Virus record (IMG/VR): IMGVR_UViG_3300036846_000573
Span: 1 to 61,379 of that record
DNA length: 61,379 nucleotides
Source of the DNA: a virus
Taxonomy: Duplodnaviria; Caudoviricetes
Reading direction: 5' to 3' (one strand)
Below are positions 37,204 through 48,219 of this stretch, in pieces. The first letter of the stretch is position 1. Every line of letters starts with the position of its first letter. Position numbers and translations under genes: made by a program. The notes beneath the pieces were generated by a model. It saw only the letters and a program-made list of their open reading frames with translations, made no database searches and was not told where the DNA came from.

Positions 37204-38476
37204 GGCTGTCTCCTACGGCGATCTCATAGTCGACGTATTTATAACCTTGCGGGTCAGTCACGACGGCGTTGGGGTGCAGCTTCTCGACCTCGTCGGCCAT
37301 CAGTCCGATCTGGAACGCCGGGCTGCCGACATAACGGTAGACGTAGACCGGCAGCCCATTGTCGAGCGTGCCGACCCGCTCGATGTCGGTCTTAAACCGC
37401 CTGTCGGACGGCATCCCAAATCTCCCGAGAGCCATGCCGGCGACGTTGCCGAGGATCTGGAACGGTGCGATCGCATTGGCGGATTGCTGCCGGTAGACAT
37501 CCATCTGGTTGGAGAAACCAGCATTCAAAACGTTACCGGCACCGATGATTGCCTGCCCGGCATTCCCCAAGGCCTGATTTCCCTGACCGTATAAGTTAAC
37601 CCCCTGCGAGCCGTAGGCCCCAGCCAACTGCGTGTAGGGGTTGCTCAAGCTTGCATAGGAAGTCGGTGAGCCGGTCGCCGCCGTCGTCGCATACATATTC
37701 TGGTTTGCCGCACCGATACCGCCACCGCCGATCGCCGCGCCGCCGAGACCCGAGGCGGTTTGTTGCAGGCTTAAACCGGCTTGGCCGATGGCTTGCGCCG
37801 GCAAGCGCTGCCCGACTTCGAGCCCCGCCAACTCATATTGCCTGCCCTGCTCTTCGGTTTGGGTGCGCGCCATCGTCCCGGCAGCGGCGCCGGCGGCAGC
37901 CTGGGCGATGTTCGAGGCTTGCAAGGTTCGCGCGAATGCGCCCTGCGTCGGATCGAGTCCATAGCCTTGCATCGTGCGTAACGCGTTGTCGCGCGCTGCG
38001 CCAAAAGCGGTCGACACATCGGCCCGCGCCGCCCCTGCCCGCTCATCCATGCGGGCCGGTGTCGCGTAGCCAAAAGCCTCGTTGACAAACTGGGTTTCCC
38101 TCGGCGCAAAATTAGTGGCGTAGCGGTTATAAGTCTCTGTCGCTTGCCGCCGGCTCTCGGCAGCCGCTGAGGTCTGCTCCTGTAAATTACTCAGCGACGC
38201 TGTCGTAAAGTCTTTTTGCTGGTTCAGGTAATCGGTAAGAAAAGGTCGTATGTCGTTGTATTGTTGTCGACCAAAGGCTAACTGGTCCTGCGCCGTCTGT
38301 GCGTATTTATCGGCGACATCGGCAGAGCGCCCGGCATAGACATTTTGCTGTGCTAGTTGCTCGCGCGCCGTCTCCTGCTGGATACGCGCAACCTCGGCAT
38401 CCGAGGCGGCCGTCGCCTGCGCTGCCTGAACAGTCGGCCCGAGGTCGGGCGGTTGCGGCGGATCTGGTTTACCCAT
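37196..38476 (-). CDS. Ejection/pilot protein with C-terminal S74-like domain
   Basis: Ala/Gln/Gly-rich; SDRRFKTDI...GLMADEV. Confidence 0.7.
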   Translation of the reverse strand: MGKPDPPQPPDLGPTVQAAQATAASDAEVARIQQETAREQLAQQNVYAGRSADVADKYAQTAQDQLAFGRQQYNDIRPFLTDYLNQQKDFTTASLSNLQEQTSAAAESRRQATETYNRYATNFAPRETQFVNEAFGYATPARMDERAGAARADVSTAFGAARDNALRTMQGYGLDPTQGAFARTLQASNIAQAAAGAAAGTMARTQTEEQGRQYELAGLEVGQRLPAQAIGQAGLSLQQTASGLGGAAIGGGGIGAANQNMYATTAATGSPTSYASLSNPYTQLAGAYGSQGVNLYGQGNQALGNAGQAIIGAGNVLNAGFSNQMDVYRQQSANAIAPFQILGNVAGMALGRFGMPSDRRFKTDIERVGTLDNGLPVYVYRYVGSPAFQIGLMADEVEKLHPNAVVTDPQGYKYVDYEIAVGDSHG

Positions 38477-38934
38477 CAGGCGGCTTCCTTATGACCGACA
38501 CGCCATTCCTTTGGTTGGTAATTCAACCAAGGGCAGGCATCCTTAACCATCGTCAAAACCATCATGTGCACGCCGAGTGCGTAAGCGTCTGTCAGGACTG
38601 TTTCCAGCGCCCACCCGGCTCGCAGCCACATCGCCATCTTGCGGTCGTCATCCGAGCGCAACGGCGCGAACAGCTTGATGCAATTAAGCTGGACAAACGC
38701 GTAGTAAAACACCACCCACAGGAGTTCCCGGTTGCACCAGTGCTTATCGTCGCCGGCGCAATGCACCGCCATGCTGGCGCCGAGATACTGGCACAGCACA
38801 AAGCCGCCCCGGATCGAGCCGTCACGACGGTCGTGACGGGTAAACGAGTGGTCATAGACCGGCATAAAGACCCCACCGGCGCGGTCCATGACCCACTGCC
38901 CCGCACCCGGTGCGTCGATGCGGATATCGGTCAT
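38476..38934 (-). CDS. GNAT-like podovirus virion-module protein
   Basis: FYYAFVQLNC...GW...E pattern; position. Confidence 0.55.
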   Translation of the reverse strand: MTDIRIDAPGAGQWVMDRAGGVFMPVYDHSFTRHDRRDGSIRGGFVLCQYLGASMAVHCAGDDKHWCNRELLWVVFYYAFVQLNCIKLFAPLRSDDDRKMAMWLRAGWALETVLTDAYALGVHMMVLTMVKDACPWLNYQPKEWRVGHKEAA

Positions 38935-40301
38935 TGCTTCAACTCGCGAACTTCAGCGGCGAGTTCTTGCACGGCGCGCCAAAGCACCGCGACAAGCTCG
39001 GGATAGGCGATGCCTTCGTGACCGTCCTTGCTCTTGTCGTAGCCACCAAAGTCTTTGCCAAATACCGATGCGACCTCGTCGGCGATAAACCCGGTGTGCA
39101 GTTTACGCTTGACGCGCTCACCCCCGGTTAAGGTGCCTTCCTCTTTCCAGTAAAAAGTCTGCGGCGACAACGCCAAGACGTTGTCGAGCGCACCCGCGCC
39201 GAGGGGCGCGATATCGCTCTTGAGGGCTCGCGCGGATACAGTGTTGAACCAGTAACTGGCGACTTGCGCCCACGCGATGCCGCTGAGACCGCTGCTACTC
39301 TCATTGTCCCAACGCGGCTCCATACCGGCAGCGCGGACACAACTATTACTCTGCATGTAGCCGCCATTGTTGTACCAAAGCGGCCCCCCCGTGCCACCGA
39401 CATTGAATTGACCGGCGGTAGCAAGGTTTTGCGGCGTATACATAAACCCGCCATTGTTCTGCCAGTAAGGACCACCCCAACCGCCCGTGTACACAACTCC
39501 GTTTGCAACAACAGCGTTATTGGCGATGACGCTGGAAGCTACTGTAAAGCTGCCGCCCGTATCGAAGTAGCCATACCAAGGGCCGGTGTAATTGCCGCCG
39601 CCGTCCATATTGCCAAAATATAGCACTTGGTTACCGGCGAACATGCCCGCCGCCCAGCTAGCGCTTGTATTCCAGCAACAGAAACCTGCGTTATTCCCGG
39701 CATTGACTGAAATAAAGCGTCCATTACTCGATCTTGATATGCCATCCGCCGCGACCTCGCCAGTCGAATGGAGATACGTGCCCTGGATCGTGTTGCCGTA
39801 TAAGTTATGGGCAAGATGTAGATCGCCACCACCATAGACGTTAAAGACGGTTGTGCTGCCGCTATCGTCATAGAGCGTAAAATACCCGCTATTGTCGCAA
39901 CCTAGCCACCACTGCCGAACATTACTCACCGTATAATAGGCGATGGCGTAGCTGCCTTGCGGCGCAGTGAGGCGCAACGGACTTGGTGTCGAAATGGTGA
40001 GCACGCCGGTCAACGTGCCGCCGGTCAACGGCAAATACAGCGCGACCCTGGTATCGGTATAGGCTCGCGCCGCTGTATCCCCGGTATCGACATAGAGCTT
40101 GGTCGCAGCTTGCAGGTTGATCGTTGGCGCTCCAGAGAGCACCAATGGCCCGGTCATCGTCCCGCCCGATACCGGAACATAAGGCCCAGCTAAACTACTA
40201 TTAACAACGTTGATCCACTTCGCGGCGTCCCATCTCCACGTACTGCCGTCGGGCGCGGCGTAGGTCTGGTTGACAGCCGGAGAGTTTGGAAAATTTAGCA
40301 T
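38931..40301 (-). CDS. Tail fibre/spike with S74 chaperone
   Basis: GGTMTGPL repeats; SARALKSDI...GFIADEV...LWRAVQEL. Confidence 0.85.
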   Translation of the reverse strand: MLNFPNSPAVNQTYAAPDGSTWRWDAAKWINVVNSSLAGPYVPVSGGTMTGPLVLSGAPTINLQAATKLYVDTGDTAARAYTDTRVALYLPLTGGTLTGVLTISTPSPLRLTAPQGSYAIAYYTVSNVRQWWLGCDNSGYFTLYDDSGSTTVFNVYGGGDLHLAHNLYGNTIQGTYLHSTGEVAADGISRSSNGRFISVNAGNNAGFCCWNTSASWAAGMFAGNQVLYFGNMDGGGNYTGPWYGYFDTGGSFTVASSVIANNAVVANGVVYTGGWGGPYWQNNGGFMYTPQNLATAGQFNVGGTGGPLWYNNGGYMQSNSCVRAAGMEPRWDNESSSGLSGIAWAQVASYWFNTVSARALKSDIAPLGAGALDNVLALSPQTFYWKEEGTLTGGERVKRKLHTGFIADEVASVFGKDFGGYDKSKDGHEGIAYPELVAVLWRAVQELAAEVRELKQ

Positions 40302-41405
40302 TCAGAAATCCGCCGATAGAGTGAAAGAAACGGCAAAGGAACCTGTGCCGGTTGCGACAATATTTGCGTTGAGAGTAACCTGAGCAGCACTAGGGCCTAC
40401 GACTTGACCGCTTATATTATTGGCTGAAGTAAAGTTCAGATTCCCGACAGTCGGGCTAGCTCGCATCTTAACCGGCAGGAGTGTCGTATAACCAATAGGC
40501 CAATTAGTAGCGCCGTAGGCCCAAAAGGTTATATTGTCAGAACCTAGATATGACTGATAAAACCGCTGGCAGCGTCGCAGATCTTCACCCGGATCGACTT
40601 TTTCTAAAGGCGAAGGTTGCGTCTGGCCGGGCTGAACGATCTCTAGCTGGATGCCCCAAAACAAAAACGTGCCGCTCTGAAAACCGATGCTTCCCGCGCG
40701 GCTCGCGCTATAGGTTGAACCGGCAGACATCCATAAATTAACTTCGGTAAGATCAGTGCCAGCAGTGGTTCCAAACGTTTTCCCCGCAACACTGGGCATC
40801 GTAAAAGTCACACTATACCGCGTCGGCGTCGTGCTGATCGTGATCGGTGTCATGCCAATCCCGTTCACATTAGCAGATGGTGAACCACCTGTACCAAATT
40901 GCTGTGCAAACTCGACGCAAACCTTAGGGGTACCGCTGGCGCACCACGCCCAGAACGACAAGGTCATCTGCTTGCCGGCAAAGCGGCGCACATTTTCCAT
41001 AAACTGGCGCAGGATAATAAAATCCCCCGCGCCCGTGCCCGCCGTAATCCCAAATTGTATATTGTATTGTGCCGCCTCGTCATTAAACGCCGCAGCAGTG
41101 GCCGCAGTCATTGCGCCGATCTGTGCCGAACCCGAGCCACCGCCAGTCACTTGAATAGCGCACACCCAACGATCAGGACCGTAAAGGGTGCTTGTCCACG
41201 GCCCTGCCCCACGCTGCTGGATATTGAAGAGTGCATTTTGCAGGGTATTGCGCCCAACATTATTTAACCCCGACCCGGTGCTGGCAGGTACGTACGCGCC
41301 GCTGCCCGCGACGTTGAGCCACTTAACGCTATCCCATTTCCACTGCGACCCATCGGGCGCAGTGAAGGCTTGATTTAACGTGGGCGAGTTGGGGAAGTTA
41401 AGCAT
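40302..41405 (-). CDS. Tail fibre/receptor-binding protein
   Basis: Shared N-terminus LNFPNSP; NALFNIQQRG, DRW, ED..RCQRFY. Confidence 0.8.
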   Translation of the reverse strand: MLNFPNSPTLNQAFTAPDGSQWKWDSVKWLNVAGSGAYVPASTGSGLNNVGRNTLQNALFNIQQRGAGPWTSTLYGPDRWVCAIQVTGGGSGSAQIGAMTAATAAAFNDEAAQYNIQFGITAGTGAGDFIILRQFMENVRRFAGKQMTLSFWAWCASGTPKVCVEFAQQFGTGGSPSANVNGIGMTPITISTTPTRYSVTFTMPSVAGKTFGTTAGTDLTEVNLWMSAGSTYSASRAGSIGFQSGTFLFWGIQLEIVQPGQTQPSPLEKVDPGEDLRRCQRFYQSYLGSDNITFWAYGATNWPIGYTTLLPVKMRASPTVGNLNFTSANNISGQVVGPSAAQVTLNANIVATGTGSFAVSFTLSADF

Positions 41406-42684
41406 TTTTCAGCGCCTCGACCTCGGCGCTCAATTCGGTCACCGCTTGCCACAGCACCGCGAGCAATTCGTGATAGGCCAATCCTTCGCTATGATTTTCG
41501 TCGTCCCCTACGATATATCCGCCAAAATCATGCCCAGCCTTTTGCATCGCCTCACCGACGTGCTGCGCGATAAAGCCCCAATGCGTGCGATCTTGATCTA
41601 CCCCCTCGCGCCAGCGGTAGCGATGCGGCACGATCGTTTTTACCAAATCGAGGCAGTCGTCTGGCAAGGATTCAACGTCGGTCTTCTCGCGAATGTCGCT
41701 GGCGTTTGCGAAGGCATACGAGGAGACATTATTCCAGGCTAGCCCGCCCCAACCGCACGAAAGCGCGTTGTTAGTCGTTGGGGCAGTGCTAGCGGGGAAA
41801 CGTGAACTTCCGTCAGAATAGCCTTGAAAAAAATCAGTGGCGAGCCAGAAACGCATAATACCACCGGTAATATAAATAGCGCCATTCTGCGAACCGTCGC
41901 GCTGCGTACACCACAGATCTTTGCCGGTGACACTTCCTCCAGCATTAAGCGTACCGCTACCAAGGATGGTCACAACGCCACTAGGCGCGATAACTAGCCG
42001 AGTTGCCGGGGCGCCGGGACCGGTGCCGGTGACAAAATAAATGCTTCCGCCTGTTTCTGCGCCAATGCCCGCCCAATTTGTCGAGCCGTTATTGTACAAA
42101 AGCACATTGGTATTGGTTAGTGTTGGCGCGTTTATATTTCCCGCCGGAGTGCCAAACAGGTTTCCGGGTGCAGTTGTATTCAAAGTGCCAAAGAAGGTCG
42201 CATTACCGCTAGTATCAAGACTTAATACGATCCGACTCCCAGTAAAATCACTTATTCCATAACCGCCGGTATCTGCTCTAACCCCAGCACCCCAAGATCG
42301 AAGGCCGTTTGTTGTAGTGACTCGGTTCCAACTACTACCAGAAGTAGTGATGCTTAACGGATCAGCGGTTGCTGATACACTCAACGGCCCCGTCAGCGTT
42401 CCGCCGGTCAGCGGCAGGTAATTCCCGCCAAGCGCGTCGGTACTTATGGCCGGCACCCACTGCGCGCTGTCCTGGTCTGTATAGCGAATATAAAGATCCG
42501 CCTGCGTCGTATCAAACCACAATGCCCCAGACGGCGGGGAAGAAGGCGGCGTATCGGCCATGACGATAAACGTCATCGCCCCGGTGCCGTTGCTCCACTT
42601 GACTCCGTCCCACTTCCACTGCGAGCCGTCGGGCGCAGCGAACAAACTGTTAAGGGTGGGAGAGTTGGGAAAGTTAAGTGCCAA
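41398..42684 (-). CDS. Tail fibre/spike with S74 chaperone
   Basis: TTG start after GGAGG; SDIREKTDV...GFIAQHV. Confidence 0.85.
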   Translation of the reverse strand: MALNFPNSPTLNSLFAAPDGSQWKWDGVKWSNGTGAMTFIVMADTPPSSPPSGALWFDTTQADLYIRYTDQDSAQWVPAISTDALGGNYLPLTGGTLTGPLSVSATADPLSITTSGSSWNRVTTTNGLRSWGAGVRADTGGYGISDFTGSRIVLSLDTSGNATFFGTLNTTAPGNLFGTPAGNINAPTLTNTNVLLYNNGSTNWAGIGAETGGSIYFVTGTGPGAPATRLVIAPSGVVTILGSGTLNAGGSVTGKDLWCTQRDGSQNGAIYITGGIMRFWLATDFFQGYSDGSSRFPASTAPTTNNALSCGWGGLAWNNVSSYAFANASDIREKTDVESLPDDCLDLVKTIVPHRYRWREGVDQDRTHWGFIAQHVGEAMQKAGHDFGGYIVGDDENHSEGLAYHELLAVLWQAVTELSAEVEALKNA

Positions 42685-45217
42685 GTCTCGCCTCCATCGC
42701 TTCGAGGCGCACATTGATCTCCTTGACGGCGTTGATCAGCGCAAAGGTCAGATCGGTCGGCGAATAGCTTTTGAGCGTCATCGCCTCATCCTGCCGTGCG
42801 AGCGGCGTGTGCTCGATCTCGTGGATCAGTTCCGGCAGATGCTCCTCGACCTGTTGCGCGGATAAGCCGTAATGCAACTCGCCATCATCGGTCGTGCCGC
42901 CTTTGCCGTTCCAACAAAACATGATCGGTTCCAGCGGCAGTAGGTCAGAAAGACCACGCGCGTATGATTCTACGTCGCGCTTTAGCCGCATGTCGGAAAT
43001 AACACTCCAAGTTGTGGCGGCATTACAGCTACCTATGCTGGCACCAGAACCTCGATTGATTTGGATCGCAGGATTACCTACGGTGTACGCATCGTTCAGG
43101 GCTCGGATTACAAAGGCCGACGAAGCACTATCATTTAGCAACTCCCATCGGCGTTGATCGGCTGGCGCACCCAGGCGCTCAAGCATTATCGCGGACTGAG
43201 CCCCACCAGCGCTTTGACAATAAAATCCATCGGAACTGTTCGTGTTAACCAAAAGCGAGCCGCTAGGGCTGAGCGACATCGTCTGCGTCAGCGGTGCCGT
43301 CGCACCTGCTGTACCGGAGGAGACCGTATACCAAGTAAATGCTCCGGCTGAAGGCTGAAAAAGACTGGCGGCACCGTTAGCGAGATATATCCAAGCGCTC
43401 GCCGTTGCGTTAAGTAGGAGATTAGAAGTGATGGAACAGCCAACAGTTACAGCACCGAAAAACTGTGCCGGATAAGAGTTAGCCGGGATGGTTTGATTAT
43501 TAGTCGAAATAGCCCCAGCGGTTTGTAAGTTACCCGCACCGGGATCGGTCGTGCCGCCGATATTGACGCCACCATTTGCTGCGATGAACATACGTGTGTT
43601 CGCCGCAGTCGCGTTCTGAAAATAAAAACCTCCGTTTCCAGTCGGTGTTCTGATTGCGATATTACCCATGTCGGCTGATATGTTACCTAGCGTCGATGGA
43701 TTTGGACCCACCAGAATCATACCGGGATTGCTGCCACCGGTTCCGGCGACCGTCAAATTACCGCTGAGAGTTCCACCGGTCAGCGGCAGGAACACCCCCG
43801 ACCCGAAATCATTGTTAACTGCCAATACCCACTGCGATGAGTCCGCATCCTGGTAGCGGATGTAGAGATCGCCGCCAACGCTGTCCCACCACATATTACC
43901 AGGAGAGGGCGAAGCAGGCGGCGTATCGCTGATCGTTACCGACGCGCCACCGGAAGCCGGATGCACATGGTCGGCTCGCGCATAATTAGCACTCGTACCG
44001 ATCGTGCCGGTGCCGCTCTCGACCAGCGGTATCATCGCAGAGGCTGATGGCACCAACCCCTGCACAAACGCCGTTGTTGCTATCGAGGTATCGTTATCAG
44101 TGAGTACGGGGGTCGGTGCTTGCGGATCGCCTGTGAACACCGGCGACGCCAGTGGCGCACCGCCTACCCCCGTCACATCGGCGGTGGTCAGCGTGACTGC
44201 GCCGGTGCGGGTATTAAAGCTCGTCACGCCGCCAGCGATGCCGCTGGAGGCGGCGGTAACCCGCCCCTTACTGTCTACGGTGATGCTCGCATTGGTATAA
44301 GATCCCGCCGTAACTCCGCTCACTACCAGTAGTGGGTTGGGATAGTTACCCGTTAAGTCTCCGCCTGCCACGCCAGAGATCAATATTCCGTCCAAGCTAA
44401 AAGCAGGCACCCACTGCGTGCTGTCGGGGTCGACGTAGTTGATGTAAAGGTCGCCCTCGACACTGTCGAACCAGAGGGCGCCCGGCGGCTGCGATACCGG
44501 CGCAGTATCCGAGACAATGACCGACGCCGCGCCACCAGCCCCGCCAGCGGCGGGATGTACATGATCCGCCCGCGCCCAGGTCGTGCCCGTACCAACCGTC
44601 GCGATACCCTCGATCAAAGGCAGGGTCGTGGACGCAACCGGGATCTGAGTAGCCAACGCCCCGCCGGCACCGGTGATATCGCCAGAGACCAGCGTAACCG
44701 CGCCGGTGCGGGTATTAAAACTGGAAACCCCCGTCGTCAGCCCTGCAACGACGCTCTTTACAAATGCTGTCGTCGCTACCGACGTGTCGTTGTCGGTCGT
44801 CGGCGGTGTCGGCGCGTGCGGGTCGCCGGTAAAAACCGGAGACGCAAGTAACGCGTAAGGCGCCAGCGTCGTAATCCAATCGTCGATATCGGTGTGGATT
44901 AGCCGAACAACGCCAACCTTGCCAGCCACTGAGATAACTACGCCACCGCCGCTGCCGCCACCCCCAACAAAACTTCCGCGCGGACTGGTAACAGCGCTTT
45001 GGTCCAGGATGCCGTACTGCACCAGATCCTTGAACGTAACCGCCCGGTTATTTGCCTCGCCACGCTGCCCGGTCAGGCTCTCGACGCCGGCTTTTAGCGC
45101 GACCAGACAGGCCAGCATATTCTCGTTGTTCTGCGCCGGCTGCGGGATCGGCGGCGTAAACAGATTACCGATCGGCTGCGTCGTCGATAAGCGCGGGGGG
45201 CCGACTGACTGCGCCAT
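42674..45217 (-). CDS. Long tail fibre with S74 chaperone
   Basis: Duplicated [25 protein letters not shown] modules; SDMRLKRDV. Confidence 0.85.
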   Translation of the reverse strand: MAQSVGPPRLSTTQPIGNLFTPPIPQPAQNNENMLACLVALKAGVESLTGQRGEANNRAVTFKDLVQYGILDQSAVTSPRGSFVGGGGSGGGVVISVAGKVGVVRLIHTDIDDWITTLAPYALLASPVFTGDPHAPTPPTTDNDTSVATTAFVKSVVAGLTTGVSSFNTRTGAVTLVSGDITGAGGALATQIPVASTTLPLIEGIATVGTGTTWARADHVHPAAGGAGGAASVIVSDTAPVSQPPGALWFDSVEGDLYINYVDPDSTQWVPAFSLDGILISGVAGGDLTGNYPNPLLVVSGVTAGSYTNASITVDSKGRVTAASSGIAGGVTSFNTRTGAVTLTTADVTGVGGAPLASPVFTGDPQAPTPVLTDNDTSIATTAFVQGLVPSASAMIPLVESGTGTIGTSANYARADHVHPASGGASVTISDTPPASPSPGNMWWDSVGGDLYIRYQDADSSQWVLAVNNDFGSGVFLPLTGGTLSGNLTVAGTGGSNPGMILVGPNPSTLGNISADMGNIAIRTPTGNGGFYFQNATAANTRMFIAANGGVNIGGTTDPGAGNLQTAGAISTNNQTIPANSYPAQFFGAVTVGCSITSNLLLNATASAWIYLANGAASLFQPSAGAFTWYTVSSGTAGATAPLTQTMSLSPSGSLLVNTNSSDGFYCQSAGGAQSAIMLERLGAPADQRRWELLNDSASSAFVIRALNDAYTVGNPAIQINRGSGASIGSCNAATTWSVISDMRLKRDVESYARGLSDLLPLEPIMFCWNGKGGTTDDGELHYGLSAQQVEEHLPELIHEIEHTPLARQDEAMTLKSYSPTDLTFALINAVKEINVRLEAMEARLGT

Positions 45218-46953
45218 CAGACACCCTTAAGCTCGGATAATGTCGTCGCTAGCTGGATCGACGAGACCGGCACCCTAGCGATAATTTCAACCTGATGATC
45301 GAAACACTTAAATCCCTTCGGAAGCCTAAAGATCTCCTGCTGCATGGTTAGGTTACGGGTCATAATCAGGGCGAGCTTTGGCCCGGCAAAATAATTAAAA
45401 ACCGCGTTGACCCCATCTGGTAATGTCACATCGCCGTTATCCAACGGGATAAGCGTCGTTGGCGGCGGGGCCGGGTCTAGGATCTCCGGGTCGATGTCGA
45501 TCTGCACCGCGCCCAGGCTTATCGGTAACGGTGTGTTAAAATTCTTCGAGCGCCAGCGATAAACCTGGGGATCTGTATAGGGGTTGTCCCACTCGTAAAT
45601 TATTTTATCGGCGCAGACCAGCGTGTCGCCCTCTTCCTCGTCGTTCCAGATAGAAACCGCGTCCTTGAGGGTGGTCAGATCTTCGATGCCAAGACGCTGC
45701 TCGCGGTAGTCGATCAAAAACCCTTGGTCAGTCTCATTGATCGCAATGTATTGCTGGCGATGCCGCGCCGCGATGATCGACTTTGCGTGGTAATATTTCA
45801 GCCACTCATTCTTCTCGATCAGCATCAAGGTCTGGTTGGTAATCTGATAGCCCGTGTACAGCATCAGGCCATTCTGCGAGGCGTAGAACACCCCGCCAGG
45901 GTCGACCACGATCGAGCCGCGCGCAATGCACGGCTCGGCGACCTGCGTTTGAACCAGCAAAAAATTACTCGGGGTATTACCTGAGCCCGCCGAGGGATAA
46001 CCGTTCGTCAGGACCATTAAGTACTGCTGCCACGCCACCATTCCGACAATGTCGTAATGCACGGATTGGTCGTAGATGCTCGGCCATGTGTGCGGGTGGT
46101 TAGGCTCGGTCATATGCACCGTGTTGTTGGTAAACCCCGCCAGCATGCCGCCGGTCAGCGCGACAAGGCCGTCCAGATTATCCGGCGGGTTCTCCCAGCC
46201 GACAGTCTCCAAGACGTCGTTAAGCGCAGCAAGGCTATCATTGATTGTGTCGACATACGTGCCGGATGTCGGAAACGGCAACTCGACGACAAAGTAAAAC
46301 TGCGCGCCGGACGATTGGCTGGTGATCGTGCGGTATAACCTTAAGCTCGTAATCGGCGGGTAGGCTCGGCCCGTTACCGTCGGTGCGTTTGTCGGAAAAC
46401 CGGTGATTGTCCAGGTCGCGTCAGGCGGACCCGACATCAGATTAGACACCGGCGACGGCGAGCTTTCTTCGCCAAACGAATTTACCAGCGTGTAGAGATA
46501 CACACGGTCGATCGCCGGCACTGTCGTGTCGCCACCCGTCACCGTAGTAATCACCGGCGCTGTCAACGGCTGGACAGTACCCAGATCGTAGGCCGGCTGT
46601 CCGGCCTTGATCCTGGCACGCGTATTAAAGTGCGGCGTCACATCGCCGGGGTTTGTCCAGTAGACCCTGTGCTGGTCGTCATTCGCCAGTGGCGAGCGCA
46701 CGACCGAGCTATAACGTGACGGTAGCGGCAGCCATACGGTGTCGCCAACAGAGTCGGGGAGAAAGCGGTAAGCCTTCTCCACCGGCCCCACGACGGTAGT
46801 GAAGTCCATCAGCAGCTTTACTTGCGGCAGAGAAATAAGACTGCCGCTCGTAAAGTCGCAGTTGGCGGCTGCGGCGGCGAGATTGTCGCCGATAAGCCGC
46901 GCATCCACGCGGGGGATCACACCCCCCATGCCCTGGATTACCCACGCAACCAC
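45217..46953 (-). CDS. Tail nozzle / tubular protein B-like
   Basis: 578 aa beta-rich; [11 protein letters not shown]; position. Confidence 0.7.
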   Translation of the reverse strand: MVAWVIQGMGGVIPRVDARLIGDNLAAAAANCDFTSGSLISLPQVKLLMDFTTVVGPVEKAYRFLPDSVGDTVWLPLPSRYSSVVRSPLANDDQHRVYWTNPGDVTPHFNTRARIKAGQPAYDLGTVQPLTAPVITTVTGGDTTVPAIDRVYLYTLVNSFGEESSPSPVSNLMSGPPDATWTITGFPTNAPTVTGRAYPPITSLRLYRTITSQSSGAQFYFVVELPFPTSGTYVDTINDSLAALNDVLETVGWENPPDNLDGLVALTGGMLAGFTNNTVHMTEPNHPHTWPSIYDQSVHYDIVGMVAWQQYLMVLTNGYPSAGSGNTPSNFLLVQTQVAEPCIARGSIVVDPGGVFYASQNGLMLYTGYQITNQTLMLIEKNEWLKYYHAKSIIAARHRQQYIAINETDQGFLIDYREQRLGIEDLTTLKDAVSIWNDEEEGDTLVCADKIIYEWDNPYTDPQVYRWRSKNFNTPLPISLGAVQIDIDPEILDPAPPPTTLIPLDNGDVTLPDGVNAVFNYFAGPKLALIMTRNLTMQQEIFRLPKGFKCFDHQVEIIARVPVSSIQLATTLSELKGV

Positions 46954-46974
46954 CGCACCCCCCCAGAAATATAC

Positions 46975-47781
46975 TTAGCGACGCGTCGGCACGCGCGGCG
47001 TCGGCGGCTGACCCGGCTGCGTCGGCTGCGGCGGAGTCACGGTCTCGTGAGCCGGATGCGGCTGCGGATGCTGCTCGTCCGCACGCTGATCGACCTGCCG
47101 GTTATGCGCGCCCTGCTGACGCCGGTCGGCCTCGGCTTGGTCGATCGGCGGGTTGATGTTGTCGCGCACTGGCGTTGCCCGAGGCTGCGGCTGAGAGCTA
47201 TCGCCCTGCTGCTCGTGCAGATGCCGCGCATCGTCCGCCTGCGTCTGGGTCCATACCCCGGCTTCTGGCGGACGCTCGGCCATCGCCTTGGCATGCTCCT
47301 CACGCAGCTTACGATCCTCCTCGGACAGCGGGCGGTAGGCGTCCGACCGCTGGTCGCGCGCCGGTGAGTGCGAAGCGTCTGTCGCGACCGGCGGCGGCGT
47401 AAAAATGTCGGCGCGGTGCGGTATCCGCCGAGGCTCTTCGACAGGTGGCGGCATGTCGAGTTCGCGCACGCTGGGGATCATCGAGCCAACCGCCGACTGG
47501 TTGTCTTCGAGCTTGATCTCGACCCCGCCATCGTCGGGCGACAAAAATGGATCGGGGTTATTGTCCGGCGACTCTTCGAGCCACTTGACGTACTCGTACC
47601 AGTCGGGATTGCCTGCCTCGGCGGGTATCCACTTGCCGTCGCTGCGGATCACGCCGGAACGCGCCGTGCCGTCAAAACCGTCCGACGGAAGTTGATATTT
47701 ACCCGAGCCGCCGCCCCCGCCCTGACGCGGGCGCGGAGTTGGCCCGCCGGGATAGGGGTTGTCTGAGTGCGATACTGCCAT
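46975..47781 (-). CDS. Hypothetical; N-terminal tail-fibre-assembly-like motif
   Basis: VIRSDGKWIP..GNPDWYEYVKWL. Confidence 0.6.
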   Translation of the reverse strand: MAVSHSDNPYPGGPTPRPRQGGGGGSGKYQLPSDGFDGTARSGVIRSDGKWIPAEAGNPDWYEYVKWLEESPDNNPDPFLSPDDGGVEIKLEDNQSAVGSMIPSVRELDMPPPVEEPRRIPHRADIFTPPPVATDASHSPARDQRSDAYRPLSEEDRKLREEHAKAMAERPPEAGVWTQTQADDARHLHEQQGDSSQPQPRATPVRDNINPPIDQAEADRRQQGAHNRQVDQRADEQHPQPHPAHETVTPPQPTQPGQPPTPRVPTRR

Positions 47782-47795
47782 GACTTCCTCCTTGA

Positions 47796-48002
47796 TCAGC
47801 GCACTGAGCCGGGGGCGCTGGTGCCCTTATTGGGTAAACCGACGCCCGTGCCGGTTGGCAGCGTCTTGTTTGCCAGCGCCTTGCGCATGCTGGCCGGCGG
47901 CCCCGGGTTCTCCGGCCCTTTGAATGGTTGCGCCGGCTCGCTCTTATTTCCGTCGCCGCCCCGGCGATAGTTTTTCTTTGGGTCTTCGTAAGTCCCGTTC
48001 AT
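47796..48002 (-). CDS. Hypothetical protein
   Basis: AAGGAG RBS before ATG 48002. Confidence 0.6.
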   Translation of the reverse strand: MNGTYEDPKKNYRRGGDGNKSEPAQPFKGPENPGPPASMRKALANKTLPTGTGVGLPNKGTSAPGSVR

Positions 48003-48012
48003 GTCAATCTCC

Positions 48013-48219
48013 TTAAGCAGCAGCGCGAGGATGATCGTCGTGACCATTCAAAGGCAGCGACGGCTGCGACGCGCCGCTCTGCGCCTGCTGCGTGATCGAT
48101 GTCATTAAGGGCGCGACGATATTGTAAGGACCCTGCGCCAACACAGTCAGTAGCTGGTTCCACTCCTGCGCCTGAAGAGTGATCGTGATGCTGGCAGTCG
48201 GCGCGATAGGCTCGGGCAT
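48013..48219 (-). CDS. Hypothetical protein
   Basis: RBS; abuts the upstream gene. Confidence 0.65.
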   Translation of the reverse strand: MPEPIAPTASITITLQAQEWNQLLTVLAQGPYNIVAPLMTSITQQAQSGASQPSLPLNGHDDHPRAAA